Below are positions 10,705 to 22,169 of a stretch of DNA of 34,702 nucleotides, in pieces; the stretch's first letter is position 1, and every line of letters begins with the position of its first letter. Below the pieces are notes generated by a model. That model saw only the letters and a program-made list of their open reading frames with translations. It was not told the origin of the DNA and did no database searches. The position numbers and the translations under genes were made by a program. The stretch spans positions 1 to 34,702 of the forward strand of contig JAUCBJ010006467.1 in the NCBI GenBank assembly GCA_032718475.1, written 5' to 3'. The DNA is from Nemertoderma westbladi (taxonomy: Eukaryota; Animalia; Xenacoelomorpha).

Positions 10705-13078
10705 TCAGCTCCGATATCGCTTTGCGGGTGGCCCCTCCGAGTGGCCCTGTTGTCTCCCCCTGGTGGCGTCCCATAAGATCATCTTCATTGCTCGCGGCAC
10801 ATGCTCCGCCAAGAAATCCCTAAACTCTCCTCTGCTCTGTGGCGTCCACCTATCCAAATACCTCTGCGTATTTATCACCCCGGCATATGATGCCGCCGTC
10901 GCCACTTCCTGGTAGGTAAACGGAAGCCTCCGTTTGATAATCTCCATATGAGCCTCCTGATTGATGTTAAAGAAGCCCCACCGGAACTCCTGGGCCTTCA
11001 TACGTTGCTGAGTCATTGCCCCGACATCGGCCCACTCCTCGAAGACCCTAAACTTCTCTTCGTCGTCCATCCAGTCGCACTGGCGTCCGTAATGTCCCCG
11101 AAAGTTACATTTCGAACATCGGTTATGCAACCTTGGACACGCCCCCATCCTGTGGCTCAACTCGCGGCAATAGAGACAAAAGGTCCCTTTCTGGAACCGG
11201 TGCAAACAGCTTCTTTCCTGGTGGGTCTGTCTCCCACAGTAATCGCAACCGAGTACCAATGTCTCCCGCCCCACCTCGTCCCTCGTCCCAAGCGATCTCC
11301 GCGGTCTGTGGAGTCGCTGGTAAGCGAACTTCCAGACGTTAGTGTCCCTGTCTACGTCGATTTCCTCGCCCCTCTCGGGCATCGTCTCCCCGAATACTAC
11401 CCGTGGTGCCGTCCCCAGTTGCTCCCCAACCTGATAGTGCTCCCCGCGAAATCCATCGCCGGCTCCTCATGCACCCAGGCCCGCTTGCCAGGTCTATCCC
11501 AGAAGGCCCTCGCCCCACTGGCCGCCAACACCCTTCCGCCAACCCAGTCCGTGTCCGAGTGGCCCATCCTCCCGATGGGCGGCATCTCTCCGAACTCGTC
11601 GTCGTCTTCGTCCTCCTCTGGCAGTGGCTCCAACCCCGGTATCCCGGTGGATCAACTATGTCCCTTCCCGCCTTGGCTTTCGCCCGTAGCTCTCCATCCC
11701 TCTAGCTCCCCTAATTTCCTTAGCGGTTGGTCGCCCTCGTCGCCCGCTGGTATGGGCATCGCTTGCAACCCCGACGTCGACTGTTTCGGTGACCCCACCG
11801 TCCATCCCAGTTCTCGCCCTAGAGACTCCCCCGAACTCCCTGATGAAGTCCAACGAAGTTCGTCTAAGCCCGCCTGTTCCTCGAAGCCGTAGCTCTGCGT
11901 CCTGGCCTCCTCCTCCCTCTCCTCTGCTTCTCTCCTCTCCCGTCTAGCGACTTCTTCCAGTCGCTTTGCCTCCCGTCTATCCGTCTCTAGCTCCTCCCAT
12001 CTCTGATACGGCGTATCTATCTCCCCGTCTACCAGATGTCGGCTGTTGTAGTACACCGAATCGCCCTTCAGCCCCGGGTGGTCTACCAGACCATCGAAAG
12101 CCGTCTTAAAGGCTCTTCTGTAGCTTAGGGGTGATCCCGATAACAGAAATGCCGCTGGTTCCCTCTCGAAAACCACGGTTATGAATAAGTTAAGAAAACT
12201 TATCATTATCCAATCTTCCTGCAGGATATATCGCTTCTGATATACCTTTATCGCTCCTCTTCGGAATTGATACACCTCTTGCTTTCCCGGCCTCGCTCCC
12301 CACTTCAGCGAGTTCGCTAGTTCTGCTCCGTATTCTTCCCTGAACTTCCCCCAGTCCATCGGTTTGTGACATACGAGGCCCAATAGCTGGCCCATTGCCA
12401 CCGCTCCGCATTGGCCTGTGTTCTCGACTAGTCCCAACCCGTCTGGTGCTGTCATAGCCATGAAGACCTTCTGCATATCCAGGAGGTTGGTGGCGTCTGG
12501 ACTGATGATTCTCTCCGCGTCGTCGCGAATCGCCGATCCCACTTTCGTCGTCGACTTCTCCCTCACTAGGACCTGCACCGCCCTCGGCAGCCGGTCCAAC
12601 TTCGGCCCATCCTTCTTCCCATACGTTCCCAGGTCAAATAGGAAAATGTCCCCATTTGGCGCGGCCAAATGTAGGAGTGTGGTCCTGGCCGATCCTGCCG
12701 ATCCTCGTCTTCCACGGTCCCTTCGTCGTCTAGGATCATGTATCCTCCCCTGTTGACGGACTCTATGAACCTCTTCCAATCTTTCCTCAGTGACTCTCTC
12801 GCGTTCTTCGGAATCCCGAACTTCGCCTCGTCTCCTTTCACCACGTAGTGGAAATGCTCGAAGATCGCGTTGTCCAGCGACGGCGTCCCGTAGGTCTCGA
12901 CCAGTCGCTGTTCATGCATCTCCCTGAAGTGGTCTTGTAGCGCTCGTGCTGCGTGACCCTTTTCTAACCGGTCATAGTATCCCCTCGTCCTCTCTTCCGG
13001 ATGCCTCTTGGTGAAATCCACCAGTATCTCCTTTCCTCCTTGCTCCGCCTTTCTCTTTCGCACAAGTTTGCTTGCCAT
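10705..13078 (-). pseudogene. Accessory ORF of B: DEDDy-like (RNase D/WRN/EXD/Mut-7 type) 3'-5' exonuclease + acidic linker + three CCHC zinc knuckles; 2 frameshifts and 1 stop
   Basis: Joins ORFs 13102-12566, 12779-11652, 11633-11397 and 11382-10705. Motifs: ILDDEG (ExoI DxE, ~12730), LLHLAAP..IFLFDL..LPRAVQVLV..KVGSAIRDDAERI (ExoII)..LLDMQ..QKRYILQED (ExoIII-like). Knuckles: CDYCGRQTHQERSC, CLYCRELSHRMGAC, CSKCNFRGHYGRQC (11247-11077). The true C-terminus may extend to 10532 via another frameshift. Confidence 0.8.
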
Positions 13079-13569
13079 CTCGAACTCTGCCCGATCGCTC
13101 ACCTTTTGGGTGGTGCCTTGCCAAGGCCCTATAGGATGAGTGACAGGTTTAGATGGTTTATTTCAGTTCTATGGCCTATCTCTCTTTGAATTTCTGAGTT
13201 ATTGCCTATTTTACACTGCTTTATTTCTGTAGCTACCAAATTGTACCTAAATTACGAATTTGTCAGTTACTTTTATTGTATTCCAGAATTTTCTTTCCTA
13301 CTGTTACCATAATTTTCTAATTTTCAGCCCTATTCTTATTTATTTTAACTTAATTTTTAATTCTACTGTCCTACTACTTACTATTGCCTATGGATTATTC
13401 TATTTCCTAATCCACATTCTGGCCTACTCTGTGGGCTTGTGCAGTACAACAGTATGCGTCGCGCGGCCTACACAATTTATCCAGCTGTACTCATATGCCC
13501 CCCTCTCGCTACTAACTACTGACTAATATCTATACTATATATACCCTTCTACCTCTATCTCTTACTAAC

Positions 13570-14030
13570 TAGTACTACGTACTTTCTTACTAACTTCTGA
13601 CTCTCTCTAACTAACTAACAGTACTACGTACCCTCTAACTCTTACTTTCTCTAACTAACGGTACTATGTACCCTCTAACTCTTACTAACTCTCTAACTAA
13701 TGGTACTACATACCCTCTAACTCTTACTAACTCTCTAACTAATGGTACTATGTACCCTCTAACTCTTACTAACTCTCTAACTAATGGTACTACGTACCCT
13801 CTAACTCTTACTCTCTCTAACTAACGGTACTACGTACCCTCTAACTCTTACTAACTCTCTAACTAACGGTACTACGTACCCTCTAACTCTTACTCTCTCT
13901 AACTAACGGTACTACATACCCTGTAACTCTTACTAACTCTCTAACTAACGGTACTACGTACCCTCTAACTCTTACTCTCTCTAACTAACTAGCGGTACTA
14001 CGTACCCTCTTACTCTTACTATCTAACTTC
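13570..14030. repeat. Minisatellite (~39-42-bp unit) between integrase and accessory ORF of B
   Basis: About 10-11 copies of CTAACGGTACTACGTACCCTCTAACTCTTACT(AA)CTCTCTAA. Confidence 0.9.
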
Positions 14031-14176
14031 TATCTGCCTACTTACTGCGTATCTAGTTATGTACTTTTATTTATATATTTTTTATTTCATTTTTTTGTGT
14101 GGGAAGGGCGTCTCGCCCTCAATCCCACCCCCCTCAGTCCAAAACTTGGACGACTAAACTCCTCTCACACTCTACA

Positions 14177-16210
14177 CTAAGGTGCTCCCTCTAGAAGACA
14201 ACACTTTCCTACAGCCCGTCTGTAGGTTTTCCTGTCTTTCGCACCTATCTTTCCACCTATCCGCACTTCTACCGATCGGACTCTTCCGTCCTCGTCGGAG
14301 TAAGTGCCTACAACTCTCGCCAACCGCCACTGGTTGTTGATGATAGTGTCATCCGTGACGATCACGAGATCACCCACTTTCAGCTCTCTGTTCGTCTTCC
14401 TCCACTTACTTTTCCTGTGAAGCGTGGGTAGGTATACCTCAACCCATCTTCTCCAATATTTTGCGCTTATCGCCTTAGCGACTTTCCAACTCTGGCGTGA
14501 GTGTATGTCATCTGGGTCTACACCCCGCATGTCGATGGTCGCTGGTCTCTCCATTAGGAAATGGCTCGGCGTCAGCACGTCTAGTGACTCAGGGTCATCA
14601 TTCACTGGATATAGCGGTCTGCTATCAATGATACCCTCACACTTCGCAAGTACTGTCCTTAACACGTCCTCCGTAACCATATGGGTGTTCATCAACTTCG
14701 TCATCAGACGCTTTGAACTGCCCACTAGTCTCTTGACGCATCCTAGGGTATGCGGTGCATACGGCGTCCTCCTCTCCCATTTTACTTGTCGTCGCCTCAT
14801 GGCTGCCCTGACTTCCTCTCCTTCCAGGATATCCAAGGCCTCTGCCATCTCGTTCTCCGCCCCCACAAAGTTGGTCCCGTTGTCGGAGTATATTACTGCG
14901 ATCGTCCTACTTTTGCGGTCTCTAAACCTCTCTAAGGCATTAATGAATGCCGATGCGGTTGCATCTTGGGCGAGTTCTATCCCCACCGCCCGCGTGTTAT
15001 TACATACAAAGATAATACCGTATCGTTTCTCCGTGTGCCGCATCACTTTGATCTTTATCGGCCCGAACATGTCCACACCGCAATGTGTAAATGGCGGGTC
15101 GTGCTGTCTTACCCTACTCGCTGGTAGTGGTGCCATCTCCTGTATGGCTCGCTCCTTCTTTGCTCGTCGGCAGGTCTGGCACTGCCCCACTACCGCCTTT
15201 ACCTTCTTCCTTAATTGTTTGACCCAAAAGGTCCTCCTTATCTCCGTGAGGGTTCGGTTGGTGCCCCCGTGCAATATCGATTTATGGGAGTCCCATGTAA
15301 TCTGGTGGACTATCGGCGATCCTGTGGGGATGATGATGGGCTTCGGTGGAACAACGATACTGTTGTTGTATCCCACCCTAGAGTTCATTACTAGGATCCC
15401 GTCGTCATTAAGTTGTGGCGACAGCGCGGTCAGCTCGCTGTCCCGTCGGAGATGCTGTTGTTTACCGACGCGTTCCACCTTATCGCCGTAGTTCTTCCTC
15501 TGCTCGTAGCGGATGACTGCTTTAGCCGCTCCTTCCAGATCTATTGTCATTCTAATCTTCACGTCTTTGCCAACTCCCCTGAGGAAATTCCAGAAAGCTC
15601 TCCAGTATGCCACTAATTTCTTGGTCTTGTACCAACTAGAACTGTAGCTAAGGAGTTTAACCGTCGGGTTATCGCACAGTTCTCCTGGTTTTGGTTGCAC
15701 GTCCCTAATCTCCCTCACCATCTGGGAGTATATATCTTCTCCCTCTGAATCTCCCTCTTCTCCTTCTAGCACTACTTCTCCTGAGCCCGGGTCCACCTTT
15801 CTCATCGGTGGCCAGGCCTCCCTATCGCTCAGAAACTGTGGCCCGTGTTGCCACAATACTTCCTTCTTCAAGAAAGTGTGGCGTACCACGCCCCTCGATA
15901 ACAAGTCCGCTGGGTTCTCGTCCGTTGGGCAGTAGTGCCACCTTTCCAATTCTGTAGTCGCCCTTATTTCGTCCACCCTATTCGCGACGAATATAGGGTA
16001 TCTCGTCCTTTCGTTATGTAGCCAACCAAGCACTACCATGGAATCCGTCCAGTAGTGTGTCTCCACTATGTTGGGAATAGTATCCACTAGGTAGGCTGTA
16101 GCCCTAACTCCTAGTCTCGCAGCTGTCAATTCTAGTTTGGGAACTGATGCTGAATCTGGCGGCGTTGACTTCGCTTTGCTAAAGGCCAGTCTGGGCTTGT
16201 GAGCCCCCTC
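14177..16210 (-). pseudogene. pol: B pol C-terminal part: RNase H remainder + integrase + DUF5641-like tail
   Basis: VPKLELTAA, YWTDSMVVLGW, FVANRV, ENPADLLSRG; HHCC zinc finger (HKSILHGG..CQTC); GVDMFGP, SDNGTNF, GCVKRLV (catalytic E replaced by K); YWRRW..YLPTL..LKVGDLVIV..WRLARV. In frame with the upstream ORF across the TGA at 16211-16213. Confidence 0.93.
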
Positions 16211-18694
16211 TCATTGTACTAAATAGAGTGCCGCTCCGTATGCCTCCAACGATGCATCGGAGAACATGTGTAAGTCCAGATTCGTCATGTTCCCATCCGG
16301 GAAATACACTCTTGGCATGCTGTATGTTCCCATCTGCTCCAGACTCTCTGTCCACTTATACCACTGCTTTCTAATCTCTTCCGGGACCTCTGCGTCCCAC
16401 TCGTCCTTTAGCTTGTACACTTTCTTGAGTATCTGTTTCCCCGTGACTAGTAGTGGGGATGCTAGGCCTAGGGGATCGTATATCCTTGCTATGTACGACA
16501 CATAGCCCCTCTTTGTGTGGATATCTGCGCCCTCCTGACTCAACTGGTACTTCAGTTCATCCGTCTCTCTGTCCCACATGATTCCCAGTGCCTTCTGTTG
16601 TGACTCTATTCTCTTGTTCGCCATGTCCTGCCCCTTGGCTGTTGTGGGATTATCCATGGTCGATCCTGGTCTCTCGTCTTTTATCGCCTCGATAAATTCC
16701 TTCGAACTGGATTGGAATTTGGTTAGGTTGAAGCCGGATCCCTTAAGGATGACGCGAACCTCACGCCCTGTGTCCAGTAGCTCCTTAACCGTATTTCCAG
16801 ACTCCATCCCGTCGTCTACGTAGAAGCCGCGTCGAATCATATCGACGGCTCTAGTGCTGTACTTATCTTCCTTTCCCTTTACTGTGTCTCTTACGGCCAT
16901 AGTCGTTGTGAACGAAGAAGACTTGGCTCCCATATTCTGTACTACCACCTTATACATTGGTATGGTCGACGGTTCCTCATCGCCGTCGTACCGTAGGAAG
17001 CGTTGGCTGTCGCTATCCTCTTCCGTCACACGGACTTGGTTGAACATGCCTTCTATGTCACAGGTGAAGGCGTGTTTTCCATTCCTAAACCTGATTAGGA
17101 CCTCTATCCCTGAGTTGTATATGTTGGGACCTTCTAGCAGATAGTCGTTTAGGCATTTCCCGGCGGTCTTTGCCGATGCGTCCACTACCATCCGCAGTTT
17201 ACCTTTCTTCGGGTCTAAAGCCACGTGGAGTGGCAGGTAATATGTCCTGTCTGTGTTTGGTTCATTGACCGGTAACTCCACGGCCCATCCCTTCTCGACG
17301 TATTTTCTGATCGTTTTGTGAATGTACTCATTCTTTTCGGGGCTCCGTTTTAACGTCTGTTTCAACTTACGAAGCCTCGTGAGTACCATCGCTTTATTAT
17401 CGGGCAGTGGTAACTTTGGTAGCTTCCATACCATTCCTATGGTATACCGCCCCTCCTCGCATCTCATAGACTCCTCCACACTCTGCTGAGCCTGTTTGTC
17501 TTCCACCGAGGTTCCGACCCCGGTTTCCTTTAGTCCCTCAAAATCTTGCCTGAGCAGTCTTTTGAGCTGTTCCTCCGCTCTCTCATCCCCTATTTCTTGC
17601 ATAGTTCCTGCGAACATGCATCCCGATGTCTCCGACATCCAAAATGGTATCTTACTCCTAATTGGGCCACTCAGCGTCCACCCGAACGGCGTCAATATCG
17701 CCACCGGATCACACTGCTTGTCTTCGCCGAAGACCGTTTGCATTCTTTCGTGGGCCGCCGGGCAGTCCATTCCTACTATGATGGATACCTTCCTGACGTC
17801 CACCTCTGGGATTGAGAAGTCGATATCGTCCAGGAATTTATATTGCTCGACCTCGATGTTGGTTGGTCGCCTGGCATTGATATTTATTGACTCTATCACT
17901 TGGATGGGGTCGATGGTCGCCCCGTAGTCGCATCGCGGTGCCACCGCTGCAATTGCGCACCATCCGGTCCTCATCTCCAGGACCTTATCTTTGCTAGAAA
18001 TTGTTGTCACCGCCATTCTACTTGGCCTCGTTCTCAATCCTATCTCTTCGGCCACCCAATTTTCAATTAGCGTGATGGCAGCTCCACTATCGACCAGCAT
18101 CAATGTGGTCACTGATCGATTGCCTTCCCCAATCACTCGCACTGGTACTACCCCAAGTAGCACCGTTCCTCTCTTCTTCGCCCCTACTGTGCTCGTTGCC
18201 ATCATTTGGCCTTTGCTTTGACCGAACTTGATCGGCGTCTCCTTGCATTGTCTAGCTCTATATCCACCCATTACACACCGCGAGCAGATCTCGTTTTTCG
18301 CCGTGTACTCTACCTGATCTTCCCTGGGTAGCGCTTGCCAGTAGCTACAGTTCATGGTTCGATGATGCGCATTTGTCTGTAGTTGGCATTTGCTCTTTGG
18401 GTCGTAGCCGTCCTTGTACAGTGCATCGCGTATCGCAGCCGCACCCGTACCAAATTCCCTACTATTCTTATTGTTTGGGTTCGGCCTACTGGGCGTACTG
18501 GGGTTATATTTATTTGTGTTGTTATCCCTCTCCTGTCCGCTCCATGATGTGGTCTTACCCCCGGCTACCTGTGGACTCGCAGTCCCCTGCATCGCTGCGT
18601 ATGGCAATGAGCTTTGGTAATGCGTTTGACGTGTTGTGCTCTGGTTTCGGTCTATGGTAGTCGGTTCTTGGTCCCTTTCCCAGGCTGTCCTCAC
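16211..18694 (-). pseudogene. pol: B gag zinc-finger region + aspartic protease + reverse transcriptase + start of RNase H
   Basis: CSRCVMGGYRARQC; LVDSGA; AILTPFGWTLSG; YYLPLH, LRMVVDAS, CLNDYLLEGP, CDIEGMFNQV, FYVDD; IYDPLG; HMFSDASLEAYGAALYL. These are Pao-type motifs. Confidence 0.95.
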
Positions 18695-21600
18695 TATAGA
18701 CTGGGTCGGTTATTAATTCGGCTTCGAAGTTTAAGAAGCTCGACATTTCTTCTAAACCCGGTTCCGCACCCTTCCTATCTCGAGTGGAGAAAGCGATCTT
18801 CCTCCATTTGTTGCGCAGCCACATCGGTAGTGCCTGCGCTATCGTGGTGATGTTGTTGGACGCGTTGAGTTCGTATGGCGCGTCTAGCGTCTTTAGCACG
18901 ATTAGCGCCTTCTCGACTTTGTTAGCGAATGTCTTTATGCTAACGGGATTATCCTGTAGGCCACCCGATGTTATGCCCCTCAGGGTTTGCCGGATGATCT
19001 TGGCCGGGTGCCCGTATTCCCTGTCCAGTGCCCACCATGCCGTCGTGAAGCCGCCCTCTATGCCCTGGTATTGCCTCACGATGTCGTATGCTGGGCCTCC
19101 TGTATATACTTGCAGATATTTTAGGCACTCCGCCTGCGTCAAGTTCTTTGTTAGTATTTCGTTACTATACATGCGCCGAAACTGCAGATATTCTTCCGGC
19201 CTACTCCCATCGAATTTAAATGGTTCTACGGGTGGTAACTCGATCCTAGTTTTTAACGCATCGATCAACGTGGCCATCCCCATCGCCTGCGCTTCCAATG
19301 GGTTCGATGGATGTTGTATAGTTTCTCCTGTTGGGTGTGGTCCGTCCGTCCTATTTCCTACCTTCCTTTGGCTAGGGTATATCATTGGGGGTAGCGGCCC
19401 CCTCCATATTTCTGTGTCGCATGATCTGTTGTCATCCAAGGGTCTCGTTGTTCTTACTCCTATCGGGGTATATTGTTGATATTGTGATGGGGGAATGTCA
19501 CCCTGTCCCCACCCCCCCCCCCCCCCCCCCACCGGTATGCTTGGTACTGGGGTTGATGTTAATATATTGGGGCCCATGCACCTATCCGCAATAATTCCCC
19601 CCTCCCCTGGGTATATGTTATGTCCCTGCATGCTGTAGTCATACTGCTGTGCTGGTACCGGTATAGGCCCACCAGCTCCTGGCCTACCCGCCGGTATGTA
19701 CTCTGCGACTTCCGGGTTTAATTCCGTTGTCCGCGCTATCCTATCGCCTACATTGTTCCTGTCAGCATGGCCTATGGTATGTGCAGTAAGGCCTACAGTA
19801 TGTCCTACAGTCTGTATGTGTCGCTCGGGATCGAAGTTTAATCTTCTCGAGTAATCCTCCCCGCGGCTACCGTATTCTCGATCGGTAGTTATATCCCGCC
19901 GGAAAGTTTCTCTTTGACCCGCTCCACTACTCTCGTTCTCGTGTCGGTACATCGCGTACCCCTCTATCGGCGCGTAGTGCGCCTCGTCAGGTCGCGCCTC
20001 TCCGGGACGACGGCAATCTCCCGAAGTTTGACCCCACCGACTTTCCGTTCTCATCTCGACTATCGACGGCTCGGTATCCGTCCTCGCTCTCCTATCGCCC
20101 GCGGCGATACTTCTTCTACTTTCTTCTCTTCTTCTCTCTCCAGTGCAGTATTCCCGCTCGTGAGATCTCTCCTCCATCTCCCGGTTAAACTCCACTGTTC
20201 TTCTTCCCTCTTCTGATCGGGCTCGACGCTTCGTCTGCCCTCTCGCGACGTCAACCTGCCTCTCTCTGCTCGATCGCACGCTGCTGGGGATACTCGCAAT
20301 CCCCCTATCACTCTCCGTCGCCGGGTGTTGCGGTTTACCTGTCTCGGCCCGCGCATTATCCATTGACGCCTGTGGGACACTCTCTGCCCCCCCTCTCTCG
20401 CCACTAATTTGTCATGGTGGGGCGCCCGTAGCCCCCCCCCCCCCCCCCCCCCACTCGCCACATTTCACTTCACTATCTCTTACTTCACCTCTACACCCCT
20501 CTCTAGTCGACGCACTGTCTCTACTGCGGCTGGGTCCGTTCACCCCCGCCTCTCTCTCCAGTATTGCGTGGCCTACCAGGCCCACCTCGGGTTGGTTCAA
20601 CCCCGCTACCTCCTGCCTACCAACTACGCGGCCTACCAGGCCCCCGTCGGGTTGACTTAACCCCGCCACTTCCTGCCTACCAACTTCGTGGCCTACCAGG
20701 CCCCCGTTTGCCGGGTTGTATATGTCCGACGCGTTCACGTTAATAGCACCACCGTGATTGTCGCCAATTTGGCCCTCTAGTTCACCTGAATTATTTTATG
20801 CACCAAAACTAGAAACAGAATTATTCTGTTCGTTCTAGATAGGATTATTTGAATTATTTTGTGTGGGTACATTATTTGAATTATTTTGCAAATTCGGGTT
20901 TGGATCATTATTTAAATTATTTGGATTAATTTGTAAATTCGAATTCGGATTGTTATTTAAATTATTTGGGTTAATTGCATTTAAGTTTAAATTACTACTA
21001 CTAGGTAAAGTATTTCCTGGAATAAAGGTTTGGTTAGGATTATCTAATACGGTACTATTAATATTAACGTCGTCTACTGTATTATTATTATTACCCCCCC
21101 CCCCCCCGCCCGTACGGTCACACCAGTCTCGGGTCTGTCGTGCGGTCCCTGTAAGTGGGGTACTAATAAATGTATCCACGGCCCTTGGCTCTTCGAGAGC
21201 ATTCGAGCCAGCGTCACTCTCTGACAACCCCATCTGCGCCAGTTTCAGTTTGTGTCTCTTTATGGCTTGGTAGTGGATAAGCCCCCTCCGACGGGCATTT
21301 AAAATGTAGCGGACTTATCGGTTACGACGGATTCCCTCCGCCTTCCCGTCCTACTGACTTTCCCCCGCCTCCCTGAACTTTCTCCGACCGACGAGACCGA
21401 ATCCTCGGGGTTAACCTCGGATTCGCCCACCTGCGGTCTCCTCCAACCCACTAATTTTACTCCCCGGGCATCGACTGAGTATGGCCCTATGTACACTACT
21501 CTAGCCCACATACCCATACACTTCCATAGATCAGACAGTTCGCTGGCAACCCCTCTCACCCTGTCCTCGGCTAGTTCTCTCTGCCCAAAGCGCATTAAGT

Positions 21601-22081
21601 AGTTGAAATGTTCGTTCGACTCACCTACTCTCTTTCTTAGCTTTACCTCATCTATCTTCGCCCCTCCTTTGGCCTCTTTAAGTATCTTCCGGGTCGCGTT
21701 GTAGGCCCGTCGAAGTCGATTGCTGACCCCGACGTCCTCCGCGCCGACATCTCCTCCATCTCTCCGAGTCCAGCGTCATACCGTCGGCTCCACCGTCACC
21801 GTTCCGGTGGACCGTCCGTCGCCCTTGGCCTGTGGCTGGCCGGCGACATCGGTGCGTCGACCCCCGCTCCGCGTCGACTCGTCTCTCTCTTCTCCCGACT
21901 CATCTCTTCCTTCTCTCGACTCGCTCTCCGGTTGTAGACGGTCCCCCTAATCCTGAATTGCCGGGTCGCCCGTTACCGATGGGTCCGGCGTCGCGGGTCT
22001 ATACCGTCTAGTCGCGGCCTCGCGGATCGTTAGATCGCCGTCCGGGGTCCGCGGCGGTGTCATCTCTCCCGTTTGACTCAT
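18555..22081 (-). pseudogene. gag: B gag (long low-complexity N-terminus, DUF1759-like core), fragmented by stops and frameshifts
   Basis: ATG at 22081 (MSQTGEMTPPRTPD). Asn-rich tract at 21100-20835. Core ELPPVEPFKFDGSRPEEYLQF..LKYL..GPA..AWWALDREYG..LPMWLRNKW. Collinear with A's gag. Confidence 0.88.
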
Positions 22082-22160
22082 CTTTATATCTGGCAGTTGA
22101 TCGGTGGTTCAATCACTCGGGTTTAATCACTCTGGTAGTTAACTAGGGTAGCAGCTCCGA

Positions 22161-22169
22161 TTTAATCAC
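22161..22169 (-). promoter_or_regulatory. Non-canonical primer-binding site of B (GTGATTAAA)
   Basis: Directly follows the 5' LTR on the minus strand, lacks TGG, and is complementary to LTR-internal TTTAATCAC (22369-22361 and 9497-9489, minus strand). Confidence 0.7.

Noticed and set aside
10948-11892. 314-aa plus-strand ORF
   Set aside because: Antisense shadow of the accessory ORF; Pro/Ser-rich with no motifs.
10705-13078. env gene in the third-ORF position
   Set aside because: No signal peptide, transmembrane segment or fusion-protein pattern; the motifs fit a nuclease plus zinc knuckles.
14424-15491. 355-aa plus-strand ORF (also 18784-19479 and similar)
   Set aside because: Antisense shadows of integrase and gag coding sequence.
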